A stretch of 36,014 bases of DNA from Choristocarpus tenellus KU-1152 (Eukaryota > Protista > Phaeophyceae). The position numbers and the translations under genes were made by a program. Position 1 is the stretch's first letter; the number at the start of each line of letters is the position of its first letter. The stretch lies in contig CAXNAD020000047.1 in NCBI GenBank assembly GCA_964200185.2, positions 1-36,014 of the forward strand. The letters are read 5' to 3'. Under the pieces are notes generated by a model. That model searched no databases. It worked only from the letters and a program-made list of their open reading frames with translations, and was not told the origin of the DNA. Positions 24,050 to 36,014 of this stretch are shown in pieces.

Positions 24050-27000
24050 TTATTGTACAGATGTCCGTATCCTTTTCTCTAGATCTGGCCCAAGCTCTTT
24101 TACCATTTGTGACAATGCACTATCTACTTTCTGCAATAACTGTTTTGGTTTCCCATCCTCAACAATCAACCCAGCATCTAACACCACTACCCGGTGGCAT
24201 GCAATGATATCTTCCAATCGATGTGCAATGATCATCACAGCGGCATTGCTCAGATGAGATTGGATAAGCTCCTGGATCATAGCATCTGTTTGGGCATCCC
24301 TGTTATAGTCAACCACAGGCGCAAAAAAATCAAGTTTTACACCAATGATTCAGGTAGTTGGTCCTAATTATAGAGAGACATGCAAGGGGTGAGATCCATT
24401 GATAGCATGGAACTTACACTTTCAATGTTTTGGAACTATACTTACAGTCAATACTTGAGCTGAATTACTACAGAAAAAAAGTGTGAGTACAAATAAACTA
24501 CAGCATCACCTTGACCAAGATGACAATGAGAGCTGAAGGTGTTTACACACAATCGCCTTACATGATCTATGGTAGAAACATAACCGGGCAGTGTAAATTT
24601 CTCAAGAGCTACTTTAGGATTCTCCTAAGGGATAGTGATGATGCTCAATGTGGTTGTGCATTGATCAGGGGGGGCAATGGGTCAAAAGTCAAAATGCAGA
24701 GTTGATTTATCCTATCATGCCTTTCACTGGTCTCACATCAACATTTAAATTAAACTTGCCAGTACAACTGATCCAACATCGATTCCCTTCAGATAAATCA
24801 ACATTCTTGAAAACAAAGAACGATTCATGGTCTCTTCTGTGCATTGCTCACATCCTGCACATCATGCGCTTCACTCTGAATAAAATGGATCAGAGAAGTG
24901 TGCATCAGAATGTGAAATCTCCTCAATCGAGACTAGAACAGCAATTAGGGCATACTATTTTCAAAAGTTACACTGGTTTAGGTACTTGTCACATAAGCAT
25001 ACACTACAAGAGTATGTACACTTACACATTGGCAGTGGCTTCATCAAATACCATAACCCGTGGCTCATTGACCATTGCCCGTGCAATGCACAGTAACTGC
25101 CTCTGCCCTGCACTCCAGTTGCTCCCCCTATGGCTGACAGGACTATCCAGACCAAGAGAGAGCTCACCCAGAAGCGACTTCATCCCAACCATCTCAACAA
25201 TGTCCCAGATCTTAGCATCAGAGCACTGACAGGGTAGAGATGATAGCTTAGGCAAGTTACAGGTGACTGGAGGAAACTGCTCAATAGAAGAACAAAGAAG
25301 TTGACAGGAATACCAATTTATACACAAAACCTACGAAATACAAGTATAAAGCCTTTGAGTCAAATCCCATTCAAATAACCAGGGCTTCTAATCTTTCGGG
25401 GCAGTTGAAATGGTCAAGGTCCAGGCCATGGCCACGGGCTTGTGAGTGGCCTGGACATGTTGAAACAGCTGATAACCATGCTCCGACCCTGTTAGAATAT
25501 TCTGGTACAGGTAAACCTGCAGCACAGTCTTGCTAGAAGATTGACAGCCATGGATCAGCCCTGTGAAGGCTCGAAGAATCTGGGGGGGGGGTCTACACCA
25601 GGGTATCCATTCGGGCCCTAACCAGGAAAAGTGCACTTACATTATCCATCCGATACATGCAACCAAATCACCCAGAAACCATGTCATATAAAAAATGGGT
25701 CCCAAATGGACAGGTTCCATCCCCCTCCCAGATACTTTGCGCTGAAACACATTTGTACCAGACTGGCTCATGGCCCAGGAATGTTCAAATCATTGGTCAC
25801 AGGTAAAAAACATAAAACGTTTCAAATACCCAAATACAAATGGAATGTGTGTAATTTTAATGTGTATCTTCAGCCACACCTAACTGATTTAACTTCAACG
25901 AACTAAAGCAGATCAGCTCATGCTGCCCTCGTATCATATACATTTTTGTGACTACAGGTTGACCTACGGTCCACTTCACTTACAATAACGCATAGTTCTG
26001 ACCCAGACATATCAGTGAACTTTAGAACTGGTCCAGCCTGCAGGCTGATCCCCTTGCATTGCCCAGTCTGATTAAAAACCCTAAAAATAACTCAGAGCAT
26101 ACTTTGTTACTCCATACCTTTCCCATAGGGTCAATGATCTCACGGACTGTACCAGAAAAGAGGTGAGCGTCCTGAGATATGACTGTCACCCTGGACCGCA
26201 GCAACTTGAGGGGGACTCCATTCACATTACGCCCATCCATGGTCACAGATCCTTCATAGCAGTCCAGACCCCTAATCAGGGCCATTGCCAAGGTGGACTT
26301 GCCACTCCCAGTACGGCCACAGATACCAACACGCTCTCCAGTTCTATGTTACATGTCAGGATGGCATTGAAATGACAATTGTTTCATGGTGGGATTTGAG
26401 AAGCAGTCATTTCCAGATGATTGACTACTTACTCCCTTACACAGAGCGGATATCTGTCTATAAAAGCAGTTCCCCAAATCCAAGAGAATAAAAAAAAAAT
26501 GGTCAATGTACTATAGAGGCAATCTTACCTGAATGAGAAGGACACCCCCTTCAGTACCGGTGGAAGATCCGCGCAGTATCTTGCATACAAGTCCTTCACA
26601 TCAACTTTCTCTGATGGCCACACATCATCAACCTCTTCCTCCACACCATCACCCTGTATTATGTGGGACATGTTCAGTTCAACCCAGCATTGACGGAGCC
26701 TGGTGCACTAAAAGAGAGTACGAGGAACGCAGCAATACTGAACAAGAAAGCCAGTGGCAATAGATCGAATCCCTTCCATTTGTTGACTCAAGGGTACAGG
26801 ATTGCTGTCATGCAGGCAGGATACAATGCAACAGAGGGTGACTACTCAGGAAATAATCAGCACCAAAATAAAAGTGAGAGTACTGTTACACATGAAGTAA
26901 ATATTCCTGGTCAATCAACATGTTTGGATGTGCCTTACTGCTGAGATGTGGTGTGACTGCCGATAGAGAGTTTGTTCAAGCAAGCAAAGTTTATACTATG

Positions 27001-30000
27001 AAAGGATCTGTTTCAAGAGTACTGTGTGTCACTGTCAAGTTTTCTTTCCTAGTAAAGGGTGCCTCTTCTATGATGATAGATTGGAAATGATGGCATCCAC
27101 ACCTTCCACACAATCCAGAAAATCAATACAGAGTTCAAACACACTACCTCTTGTTGTTCTTGCTCCAAGGAAATAAATTCCTGAACTCGTTCTACAGAGT
27201 TGAAGTGGTTCTCCATTGCTGTTGAAGAGCGAACACCAAAGCTCAGTGTGCGTGTTATTGTTAGGGCATATGAAAGCCCAAGTCCAACCTGCATAATAGA
27301 CATGATCAATGGCACGGTACCAAACTTAATTGCTTGCTAAATCAACATTGCTACTACAAATGCGCATTGTGGTCCGGCTTGTTTTTCTGCTATGTCAATA
27401 TGCAAGCCAGTTGTGTATTACAGATCCCCTGTAATCAATCAAGGTCATACAATATATACCCAAACAATATCCTACGAAGTACTAACATTGAGTGGTCTCC
27501 ACTGCATACAGACGTCCAAGCATAAAAACACTTCCCCTCACTACGAGATCAAATAATGTGAGAACCTACATCTAGTCCCCCTGACTCCCTGGTTAACTGA
27601 ATCCCCTGGCCAACATTCTACTGGAGAGTACCATTATTAGTATATAAATATATTAGTATATAAATATATTTCATAATACTAGTACAATATCATGAGCACT
27701 TTTATTTTTATACCAAGAAATCATACTTCCAAGTACAAAGTCTCCAAGTACCCCACAGAAATTACTACTAGTAGTACAATACACACCCCCTGTGAAAACA
27801 ATGTCACTTTGTAACTGGAATCTTACAAGTACATCAAGTACAATAGGTTCAACCTGCTTGTCTGAAATTGTGGTAGCCACAAAGATGAGGGAAGGGAGAA
27901 GCAACACATTACATCATATATACCAGAACATACAATGCCTGGAGATGCGTTCCCCACAAGGATTGCCAGAAGAGCTGCAAGAAATACCGTCAACGCCCCA
28001 AGTAAGTCCAGCCGAATGCCAAGCCACCTGATTGAAGGTTGGGGGGGAAATTTACGAGATAAGAGAGGTGCAAGACATCCCTGTTGGACACCATCAATGA
28101 ATCAATGCAACTAATAGTTTAATACTCAAGAACGATAAGGATTCAATTCACATATTTTCTTATGAACTAGACTCCTTGACGCACCATTAAACAGTAATAT
28201 AAAAGTAGTTATATGTGCCTGTCGCACCTGTTGGTGGCATCCCAGCAGAGGCGGGCGCGCATGTTAGCGTCTACCAGGGAAAAGTTTTTCTGTGTCATCT
28301 TTTCTGTAGTTCTGTATGCCTGCACACTCGATAATCCGTCCAGTGTCTCCTCTAAGTGTGAATATATGGGTGACTTGGTGGCACTGTCAAGTCGCTTGAG
28401 CTGTGAAAGTAGGAAACAATTCCAACAGATTGCGGTTATGTGTGACATTTTAAAAAAAAATTAGAGTAAGGCAACCTCTCATAAAACTAAAAATGTGATG
28501 AACCTACCCATTTTCATTACCAAATTTGGCCAGTCAATTTCCTTCCAGTAAACTAAGTAACTGAGAATTCAACAATTCAGCCAGATTTGCTATGATGAAT
28601 GTCCCATAATTCTAAGGACTGCCAAGGAATGAAAACAATGGCAAGGACTGTTCTACTGTATACTCAAGAGGCAAATTTCCAATCTCGAAAAACTTTCAGC
28701 ATTAAATGCATCAACTCTAGGAAGCCAATACTACCATATCACACTATAATATTAATAATAATACAGAATAGCATCTGTAATGGGAGATTTCCTATTTTAC
28801 TTATTCTGTTTGAAGACCAAAAGACAGCAGTTGTATGATAATCACCCCCATACTAGGCATACCTCAACACAATTGAGCACTTCACCTCCTTTGCCGTTAT
28901 GCGGTATCGCAGCTGTACCCTGTAGTAACTTAGAGCAATGGGTCCAATGAAAATCAGAAATGCAGGTGTAGTACCAACCAAAACACCTACAGCAGTGAGC
29001 ATTGTCAGCAGAGCGTCTGCAAAGGAGGCCACAGTGGTGGGGATGACCATGTCGATGGTATCAAAGTCAGACGCAAACCTCGATGTGATGCGTCCACTTT
29101 CTGTCACTTGGAAGAATCTAAGTGGAGCACCAAGAACCTGTATGAGGAACACCAAGAAATGCACATTCAAAATACGGTATACAAGGGAATTACACACTTC
29201 ACAAGTTGGTCAAATAAGGCACACATTATGATATGAGGCACACATTATGGTGTATAGACCACTCCTAAGCTTCCATAAACACTCTAATATAGGTGCATCT
29301 CTGCATGAGGTTAGCAAATGTCCTATCAATAGCAATTGATTCTCTCGTTGCTGAATAGGAGATTTGCCCAAACCTGCAACAGTAGAGACTGATGAAGGGT
29401 AGTACTTGCTCGCAGACCAAACCAGCACATGACAAAGAACCGTATGCAGTTGATCATTACCACCACAAGGCACACTGTAGAATACCTGTGGATGAGAGAG
29501 GGTAGTCACCAAGTCAAACAGAGTCACCTTAGGTAGTCTATCTGCATGTCTAACTAGTACAGGCATTGGAGTCACCTACCATTTCCTCCAGTGAGGTGGA
29601 TGAGACTTGTGTAATGCACTAGCATGTTGAATTGGTGCAAGGCAGTAAACAGAAGCACCATATCATATATATATGTGGGCTGAATGCTATTACAAATAAT
29701 AATATCAATGAAATGATATTCAAATATGAGCAGGAGTGCAGTTAGGTTTACACTAGGTTGTACTTTCAGTAGAGAGGTTTAGCATTCTGTTTCACCAGCC
29801 GCCCACTTAGACAGTCATCAAGACAGTTGTATGTATGTGGTTGACTCAAGTAGTGTGTGCAAGACAGGAGGTACAGTATAATATTTGAGTGGTCCAGTAA
29901 TGTATACAGAGAAGGTGCTCCATCCCCCACAGAAAATCAATGCTCACACAGTCCTCTGGGCTATGAGTAACCACACCAGTAAAATTTAAAAGACAGGCAA

Positions 30001-33000
30001 TAACATATCTAGTAAACAATCTGTGCTGAGCTGTTGACTGAAAATGATTGACAAGTTAGTCCTAATTTTAGGAATAGTTTAGGAGAGAGCAGTTTAATAT
30101 CCAGGTGTAGTTGTAAGAGAGGACGGCACACTGAGTGGTGTATTGAATCAAGGCACACTTGCCATTTCAACCATCTGTGCACGTGTGGGGGGTTGAGCAA
30201 ATATTACAAGTGTTTTCAAGCTTCAAGCATTACAAGGATTCTAAAACTAAAGTGATAACCTGCCAGAACAGAGATATGACAATGTGGTTGAGCATAATCT
30301 GACCTTCAGCTCAATTTCAGCACTACAAAAGGGAGGAGGCAATTCCATCCTTGGACTTTGAAGTATTTAAAAGGGTGCATGCAATGCCTACTATTCAATC
30401 TGTTCACCCACACAGTCTAGGGGTCTCCCCAGTCCACCCCTAACTACAGAAGGCAAACAAAAAGCAGATATTGGGTGGAAAAGGAAGAATCTCATCTAAA
30501 TTCCTTGCTATCATTATGGTAATCATATTAAAAGGCTAGGTACTATAATATTACATGCAAGAGAATTGAGGAAGACTCTAAAAAATGACCACAAGTAGCA
30601 ATAGTGCAGCATAAACTAGTGTGGACTCACGCTGATAGATATGTCATCACTGGTGCTGAGGAAGGCCCATCAGATGTGTCAGACCACAGAGCCAGCACAT
30701 ACTCCTTGGACACACTGACAATCTACAAAAGTTGCACACCCACAGGCATCCAAGAGGACAGCCATTGAGTCATATTCAGTCCAATAGTGAGAAATGAAGT
30801 AGCACTTACCACCCCACCTCATATCAGGCTTAACCTTCCATGGAATAAGTCCAAGTTAGCCCGTATTAATTTCATGTTAACAAATACTGAGTCCAACTTC
30901 CAATACCTGGGCCAGAAGTGAGACAATAATTGTGACCACCACTGCTTGTGCTCCACATGCTCGCATGTAGGCAGTATACACAGACAAGGAGACCCCGCCT
31001 TTGATCCTGTCTGCATTAACCTGGTCCATAAATTCCTTTGATAACTTGTGTTGAACCTGGTGAAGGCATGAATAGCAATTTTCTCTCATTGTATTAGATA
31101 CTTGCCAATGATAGCATAACAAGACATGTGAAGGACTATTGAATCAGTAATAGCCTAGATCAGAAGTTGAACATTCTAGGAAAATTCAATTGCTGCATAT
31201 CAAAAAGTTAAAGAGGCAACAGTGCATTCCAGGGTGGCAATCACAGACTGCAACTACAACTGACCTCCTTGGAATTGTTTTGAGGTGGTGCAGCTGTTCC
31301 ACTAAACAGAGGCTTCCTTTTGCTATCTCTCCCACCATCCTCAGAGGCATCAGTTGCCTAACACATGGGTTTGCAATTTGTTGTTAATTGCGTCTATTCA
31401 TTTGTGAGATGCAATGAACAATTTCCATATTTTGTGGTGCCAAAAACAACCTTGCTCTGGACAGTGCAAAACTGCCAACTCTGTCATTCTATGTCATTCT
31501 GAAGAGCTGTTCTGCTGTTTACCTTGAACACTGTCAACCCTTTCCCAACATCCGGCAGCAAGTGAAGGTCTTCACCCATCTTCACACTCCCATCCTTGAT
31601 CAAAATTATATTGTCCGCATCCTCAAGATACTGTAATAATGGGGACAGAAAGGCATCAGATATGATGTCATATGACAACCCCAACCAGTACACATGCTAC
31701 CATTGATAGTATTGGGATATCCCCTGTCATCACTCCATGAAGCAGACAACAGTACACAATCTGTTGAACAGGAAAGACTTGCTAGGGTATGTTGGGGAGA
31801 AGAGTTTCCTGCTCTGGAATCTTTCACACCTCCATGCAAATTATAGACTCTCCAACACAGGCATCAATGTCAAGAGTGCAATTTAATCAGCTCAATCCTT
31901 GTGTGTATGATGTCCAAGGGATTGATTTGCAGCCCTCCTCAGATAGTTTACTTGGGTGTACAACATTTAATGGGGCAGGACCCTCAACATGGAAAATCTC
32001 TTAAATGGCATTAACAGAAACCTCATAATGGAGAATAATAGGGTTGGAGATATTACTACCTGCTCCTGATGGGTAGACATGATTACCACCCCTTTGCTTG
32101 CCATCTCACACACAGCATGGTCAAACACCCATCGCCCTACGATGGTATCCAAAGCTGAGAGGGGGTCATCCAGCAAGGCCACCTGACATCCAGAGTAGAG
32201 GGCCCGAGCCAGTGCAATTCGTGCCTTTTGCCCCCCACTTATGGTTATACCTGATATCACAAAGTAATGCATCTTCTCAGTCATGATTTTCAAAAGAAAA
32301 AACAAATGGGCTTTGACTGGGGGTTGGAAAATTAGAACAGAAACACAGCACAAAGTAACAACAGCTCACAGAGCCGAGAGTCTGCATCACAAAGACTAAC
32401 CTTTGGCCCCAATGATTGCCTCATCTCCACCAGGCCATTCAGCAAAGTCTAGTTCCAGGGCACAGGCGTGTATGCAGTGCTCATACAGCTCTAGATCAAA
32501 AGTTGTGCGGGTGGACCTAACGATGGGCACAGTACAGCAAAACCAGAAAAAAATTGACCAGTTGCATATTCTTTCACAGAAACCAAATCATACCAAAGAT
32601 TCCTAAATTAAACATTTTGAAAAACAGTTATGAAGTCTGTTCACAACGTAGGTAGAATAGTACTCTGGAATGTACGAGAGTTTGATCTTCATTATCAATA
32701 TTCTTGTGGTAGGAGATAATATTAAAATATAAATTACGACAGGAAGAGGCAGTTCAGTTGGAAGGCACACACCCTAAGCATATGTTCTCCCTTGCAGTGG
32801 CGTTCACTATCCATGGTGTGTCTGGGCATAATGCAACACTATCATTCAGAGTCTGGATTATAACCTCCCCTCTGTCAGCTATTTGGTGCTCAATGATACC
32901 CCGCAGGAAAGTACTCTTGCCCGAGCCAACAGGTCCCACAATTATTGAGAGGCCAGTGCTGATTTCTGCTGAGACATTGCCCAAGCATACCTTGCCTAGT

Positions 33001-35803
33001 AAGGGGACAGAAAAAAAGTCAATAAAGTGTTACAAGATGGACAACCAAACAAACGTAGCAAATTCAAGGTAGGATGCAGGTTGACTGCAAGTCTGGGGAG
33101 TAATGGATTACTTATTGTTCTTCAGAAATGTGCGATGTCATGATATCCTGAGAGGCCTATGAACATATTGTAGTCTATCTCGCGTATGGTCAACAAACCC
33201 TCTGAAAACATGGTCATCAAATGTAATTGCTCATGGTATTGGTGATTTTGTCTATTGGAAATACAGGTTTCACATCTCCAAGACTCAGCACTCTCACCTG
33301 GGGCAAGTGCAAAATCGACATTCTCCACCTTGACTAGTGGTCTTAAGAGGGTGCAATCTGGTGTGCATGTATTTCCTCGAGTAGTCTCTTTCTCTAGTAG
33401 GAAATTCTCAAGCCTCTTAATAGCCACCTTTGTTTTGCACAATTTTGGGGAAACATTCACAATTTGTGATGAGGGTAATTTTGGTATACTGTTCCATTTA
33501 TCTTTCTATATACTTTAAAGTAGAATCCAATGGCTTTCACAACCTTCACAGAATGTTTTATGCATGCACAGCGAGACTTGCGGTTATGATCGGTTGTGGT
33601 ACAACTCTTGAAATTAAAGAGTAGCCTTGTTGTTTCATGCACCACTGGATGTGATATACTTTGCAATAACATACAGAGTTCTTGAAAATATGGAGCTCAT
33701 GACAGCTCCAAAAAAATAGGACATACACAATCAAGACATCATAGCACATACCTTACAGGGTATGAACCTTCCGTGACTTCAGGACAGATATGAAAATGCA
33801 TCCTGAACTTATCTCTATGCAAATGTCAAAAAGATGTCATATGTTTACGCTGCTGTAGGGTGATACCACCCATCCCATGACAAGCACTGAACACTTGACA
33901 CTACCTTCAATATACCATAAAGCACCTCAACAACCTCTCAGTTGTTCTTGGGAGATCCCCACCAATAGGTAATACAATGAAATAATCCCTCCACTTCCTG
34001 TCAGTAATTAGGCAGATCCCTCTCATAGCTTGCCTTGGCCTAAAAATTCTCACTAATTTGGCTGGTTCTAGTATCAGGTAAGCATTCCCTACATGTGCAA
34101 TATACTATAAAACCATAACTTCATCAAAAGCAATGCACAACTTTCATCACATGTAAAATATGCCTAAAGTTTCTGGAGTTTATTTTGATGTAACAAAGAC
34201 AAGTGCTGTTCACTACTGTGTGCGGAACCTTTGAGTATAAACACATGTACATGCATGGAGAGTCGTATGAACCCAAAATAACTTGGTGCTGGGTGGCTAA
34301 CTGGTGTCACATTCTGGGCCCATGTGGATACGCACTATTATTATTAATAAAACATGTACCAAAAAGAAAAATGTTCTGGGCAGACCATTCTGGTGCATTC
34401 TTGCATTACAGATGGGGAGCGGGGTTTGATGAAGGTGACAACTACCCACACAGCTTTGTTTCTAGCAACAGTTACAACTATCTCACAAAAATAGGTAGCC
34501 CTTACACTTACAGTATACTCACTCCTCCTCTTCAATTTATATTATCTATCAGGAGCCTCAGTCAAGCCTTTACTCTGGATTATTGTTGACTACTGAGATT
34601 TCTTGCATTTCTAACCTTTGTGTTCATAACAACCTTAACATGAAAGGACTATGTCACCAAAAAATTGATGCCAACCTCTGCATTTCAAAGAACACCACAA
34701 CTCAACGATATTGTTAGCCTGGGATATGTCAAAACCTCCAAAACGAAACACATACTCCTTGCATAGAGATCGATTCATGATAAGACTTGGGGAGGAAGAA
34801 CCAAACCTTTGAATCAGCTAGGAGCTGAATTGCTTTGGGCATGACGTGAAAGGGATGAGACACGGTGTTGAACAGAGCAAGTGCCGTAAACGCAGTCTCT
34901 GCATTAAGCTCATTCCCAGTGAGCACATACGCACTGAAGGTGGCAAGGGCAACCAAGATTGGACTGGAGCGCATAACAGCCTAAGGGAGTCAGGGAAAAA
35001 ATTGGAGAAGGGTCATCATCATGGTGAGGAAGGGCTGTGAATCTAAAGGATGTGTTCTGAACTTGACAAGGATGGCATGCTGGTGCACTCACAAATTAAT
35101 CAATCGATCAACATAGACTATTGTGGAACACAACAGACCTACCATACTCCATGTGCAGTCAACAATTTTCATGGGGTCCACACATGCACACTATCCATAG
35201 CAAACAAGGATATCATCGAGGTTCCTATGGTTTCATTGCACATGCCACCTGCCTGATTGCACGCATTCAGATTCAATGCCTTTCGAATACTCCCAAGCTC
35301 CTTTGACCTCAACCTCTCCACGTGGGATTGGAACATATCCCCGAGAGAGTTTAGCTTAATTGTCTTAATACCGTCAATAACCTCAGTGATGAGATTGATT
35401 CGAGAGTCTGACACCTTAAGGACACTCTTGCGATAAGCTTGTGATCTTAAGAGAAAAGTCAAAAAGAAGAAAAAAATGACATGTCACAGAGAGGGGACAG
35501 AAAGTTGAAGGATTGGTCAATGGTAAACACATAGGCATCATTGCACAGCCTCTGGAGAGACTTTGTGACAAATTTAAATAAGAGCAACAACAAGAGTCCA
35601 TGACCTGTGTCCAAAATAAATCCTCACCTCCGTGCAACCCAGGTCTCCAGAGGTATGAGGATGGGTATTGTGCACACACCAACCAATGCAGAGGGACCAA
35701 GCACATAAATCAGCAGAAACGTACAGCCCACAGCTGTTAGAGGAGCAGCCCACAGATTGTGAAAAAATACCACCATTTCCCGAAGCGTGGAGGCATCCTT
35801 GGC
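24050..35803 (-). CDS. ABC transporter subfamily C (MRP-like), 5'-partial: end of TMD1, NBD1, TMD2, NBD2
   Basis: 20 frame-consistent exons (minus): 35803-35628, 35445-35253, 34980-34807, 33427-33298, 32995-32773, 32516-32401, 32250-32060, 31630-31523, 31357-31265, 31056-30907, 30722-30631, 29485-29374, 29137-28886, 28400-28228, 28027-27934, 27288-27148, 26653-26529, 26343-26118, 25225-25026, 24299-24050. NBD1: [39 protein letters not shown]2: APLRFF...[43 protein letters not shown]2: [32 protein letters not shown]. The gene continues beyond 36014. Confidence 0.95.
27635..27670. repeat. Tandem duplication of 16-bp TATTAGTATATAAATA (2.25 copies), intronic
   Basis: Exact copies at 27635-27650 and 27651-27666, followed by TATT. 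Confidence 0.85.
34981..35252 (-). other. GC-AG intron (ABCC gene)
   Basis: The donor CAG|GCAGGT joins ...LNACNQ|[10 protein letters not shown] in phase 0. The adjacent GT (G|GTGGCA) is phase 1 and would frameshift. Confidence 0.75.
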
Positions 35804-36014
35804 CTGGTAACAGTAGAGGGTGCCCTTGGTTTCAATCTTTGATTGATTGACGTTCAATTTCATGCCCAGGAGTTATCAACTTGAGTAATCTAAAATATTT
35901 ACATACTGGCTGCACATAGATAGAAAAGGTGCAGAGAATAATAGAATGTGTGGGTGTATTACATATATAGCTATACAAAGGGATACATCATGTCTAGGGT
36001 CAAAGTATCTGGGG

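Noticed and set aside
1-36014. tRNA, rRNA, intronic C/D snoRNA or CRISPR arrays
   Set aside because: Scattered TGATGA motifs lack a convincing D box, terminal stem or guide on the host strand. No cloverleaf or spaced repeats were seen; an Infernal/tRNAscan search would be decisive.

Overview
Eukaryotic, intron-rich, CpG-depleted genomic DNA. It is probably from a photosynthetic stramenopile (brown-algal/PX-clade-like); this is inferred from gene structure, A-rich acceptors and a bipartite plastid presequence. Three spliced genes can be built by hand with frame-consistent exons. (1) A complete exosome nuclease DIS3/RRP44 on the minus strand (15645-1988, 20 exons, 1008 aa). (2) A divergent 4-exon Tim17/Tim22/Tim23 (PRAT) family gene on the plus strand (15849-17880, 202 aa), only 203 bp away. 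It carries an N-terminal signal peptide plus a transit-like region instead of being a presequence-less mitochondrial Tim. (3) The 3' 20 exons of an ABCC/MRP transporter on the minus strand (35803-24050, 5' end outside the window). Between genes 2 and 3 is an internally deleted IS630-Tc1-mariner element (TIRs, TA target duplication, frameshifted DDE transposase tail) into which a TTAA-type long-TIR MITE has inserted. Other notable points are two GC-AG introns, two AAG acceptors, loss of the DIS3 CR3 zinc ligands and a CpG island over the bidirectional promoter. Most ORF-track entries are antisense shadows or intron noise.
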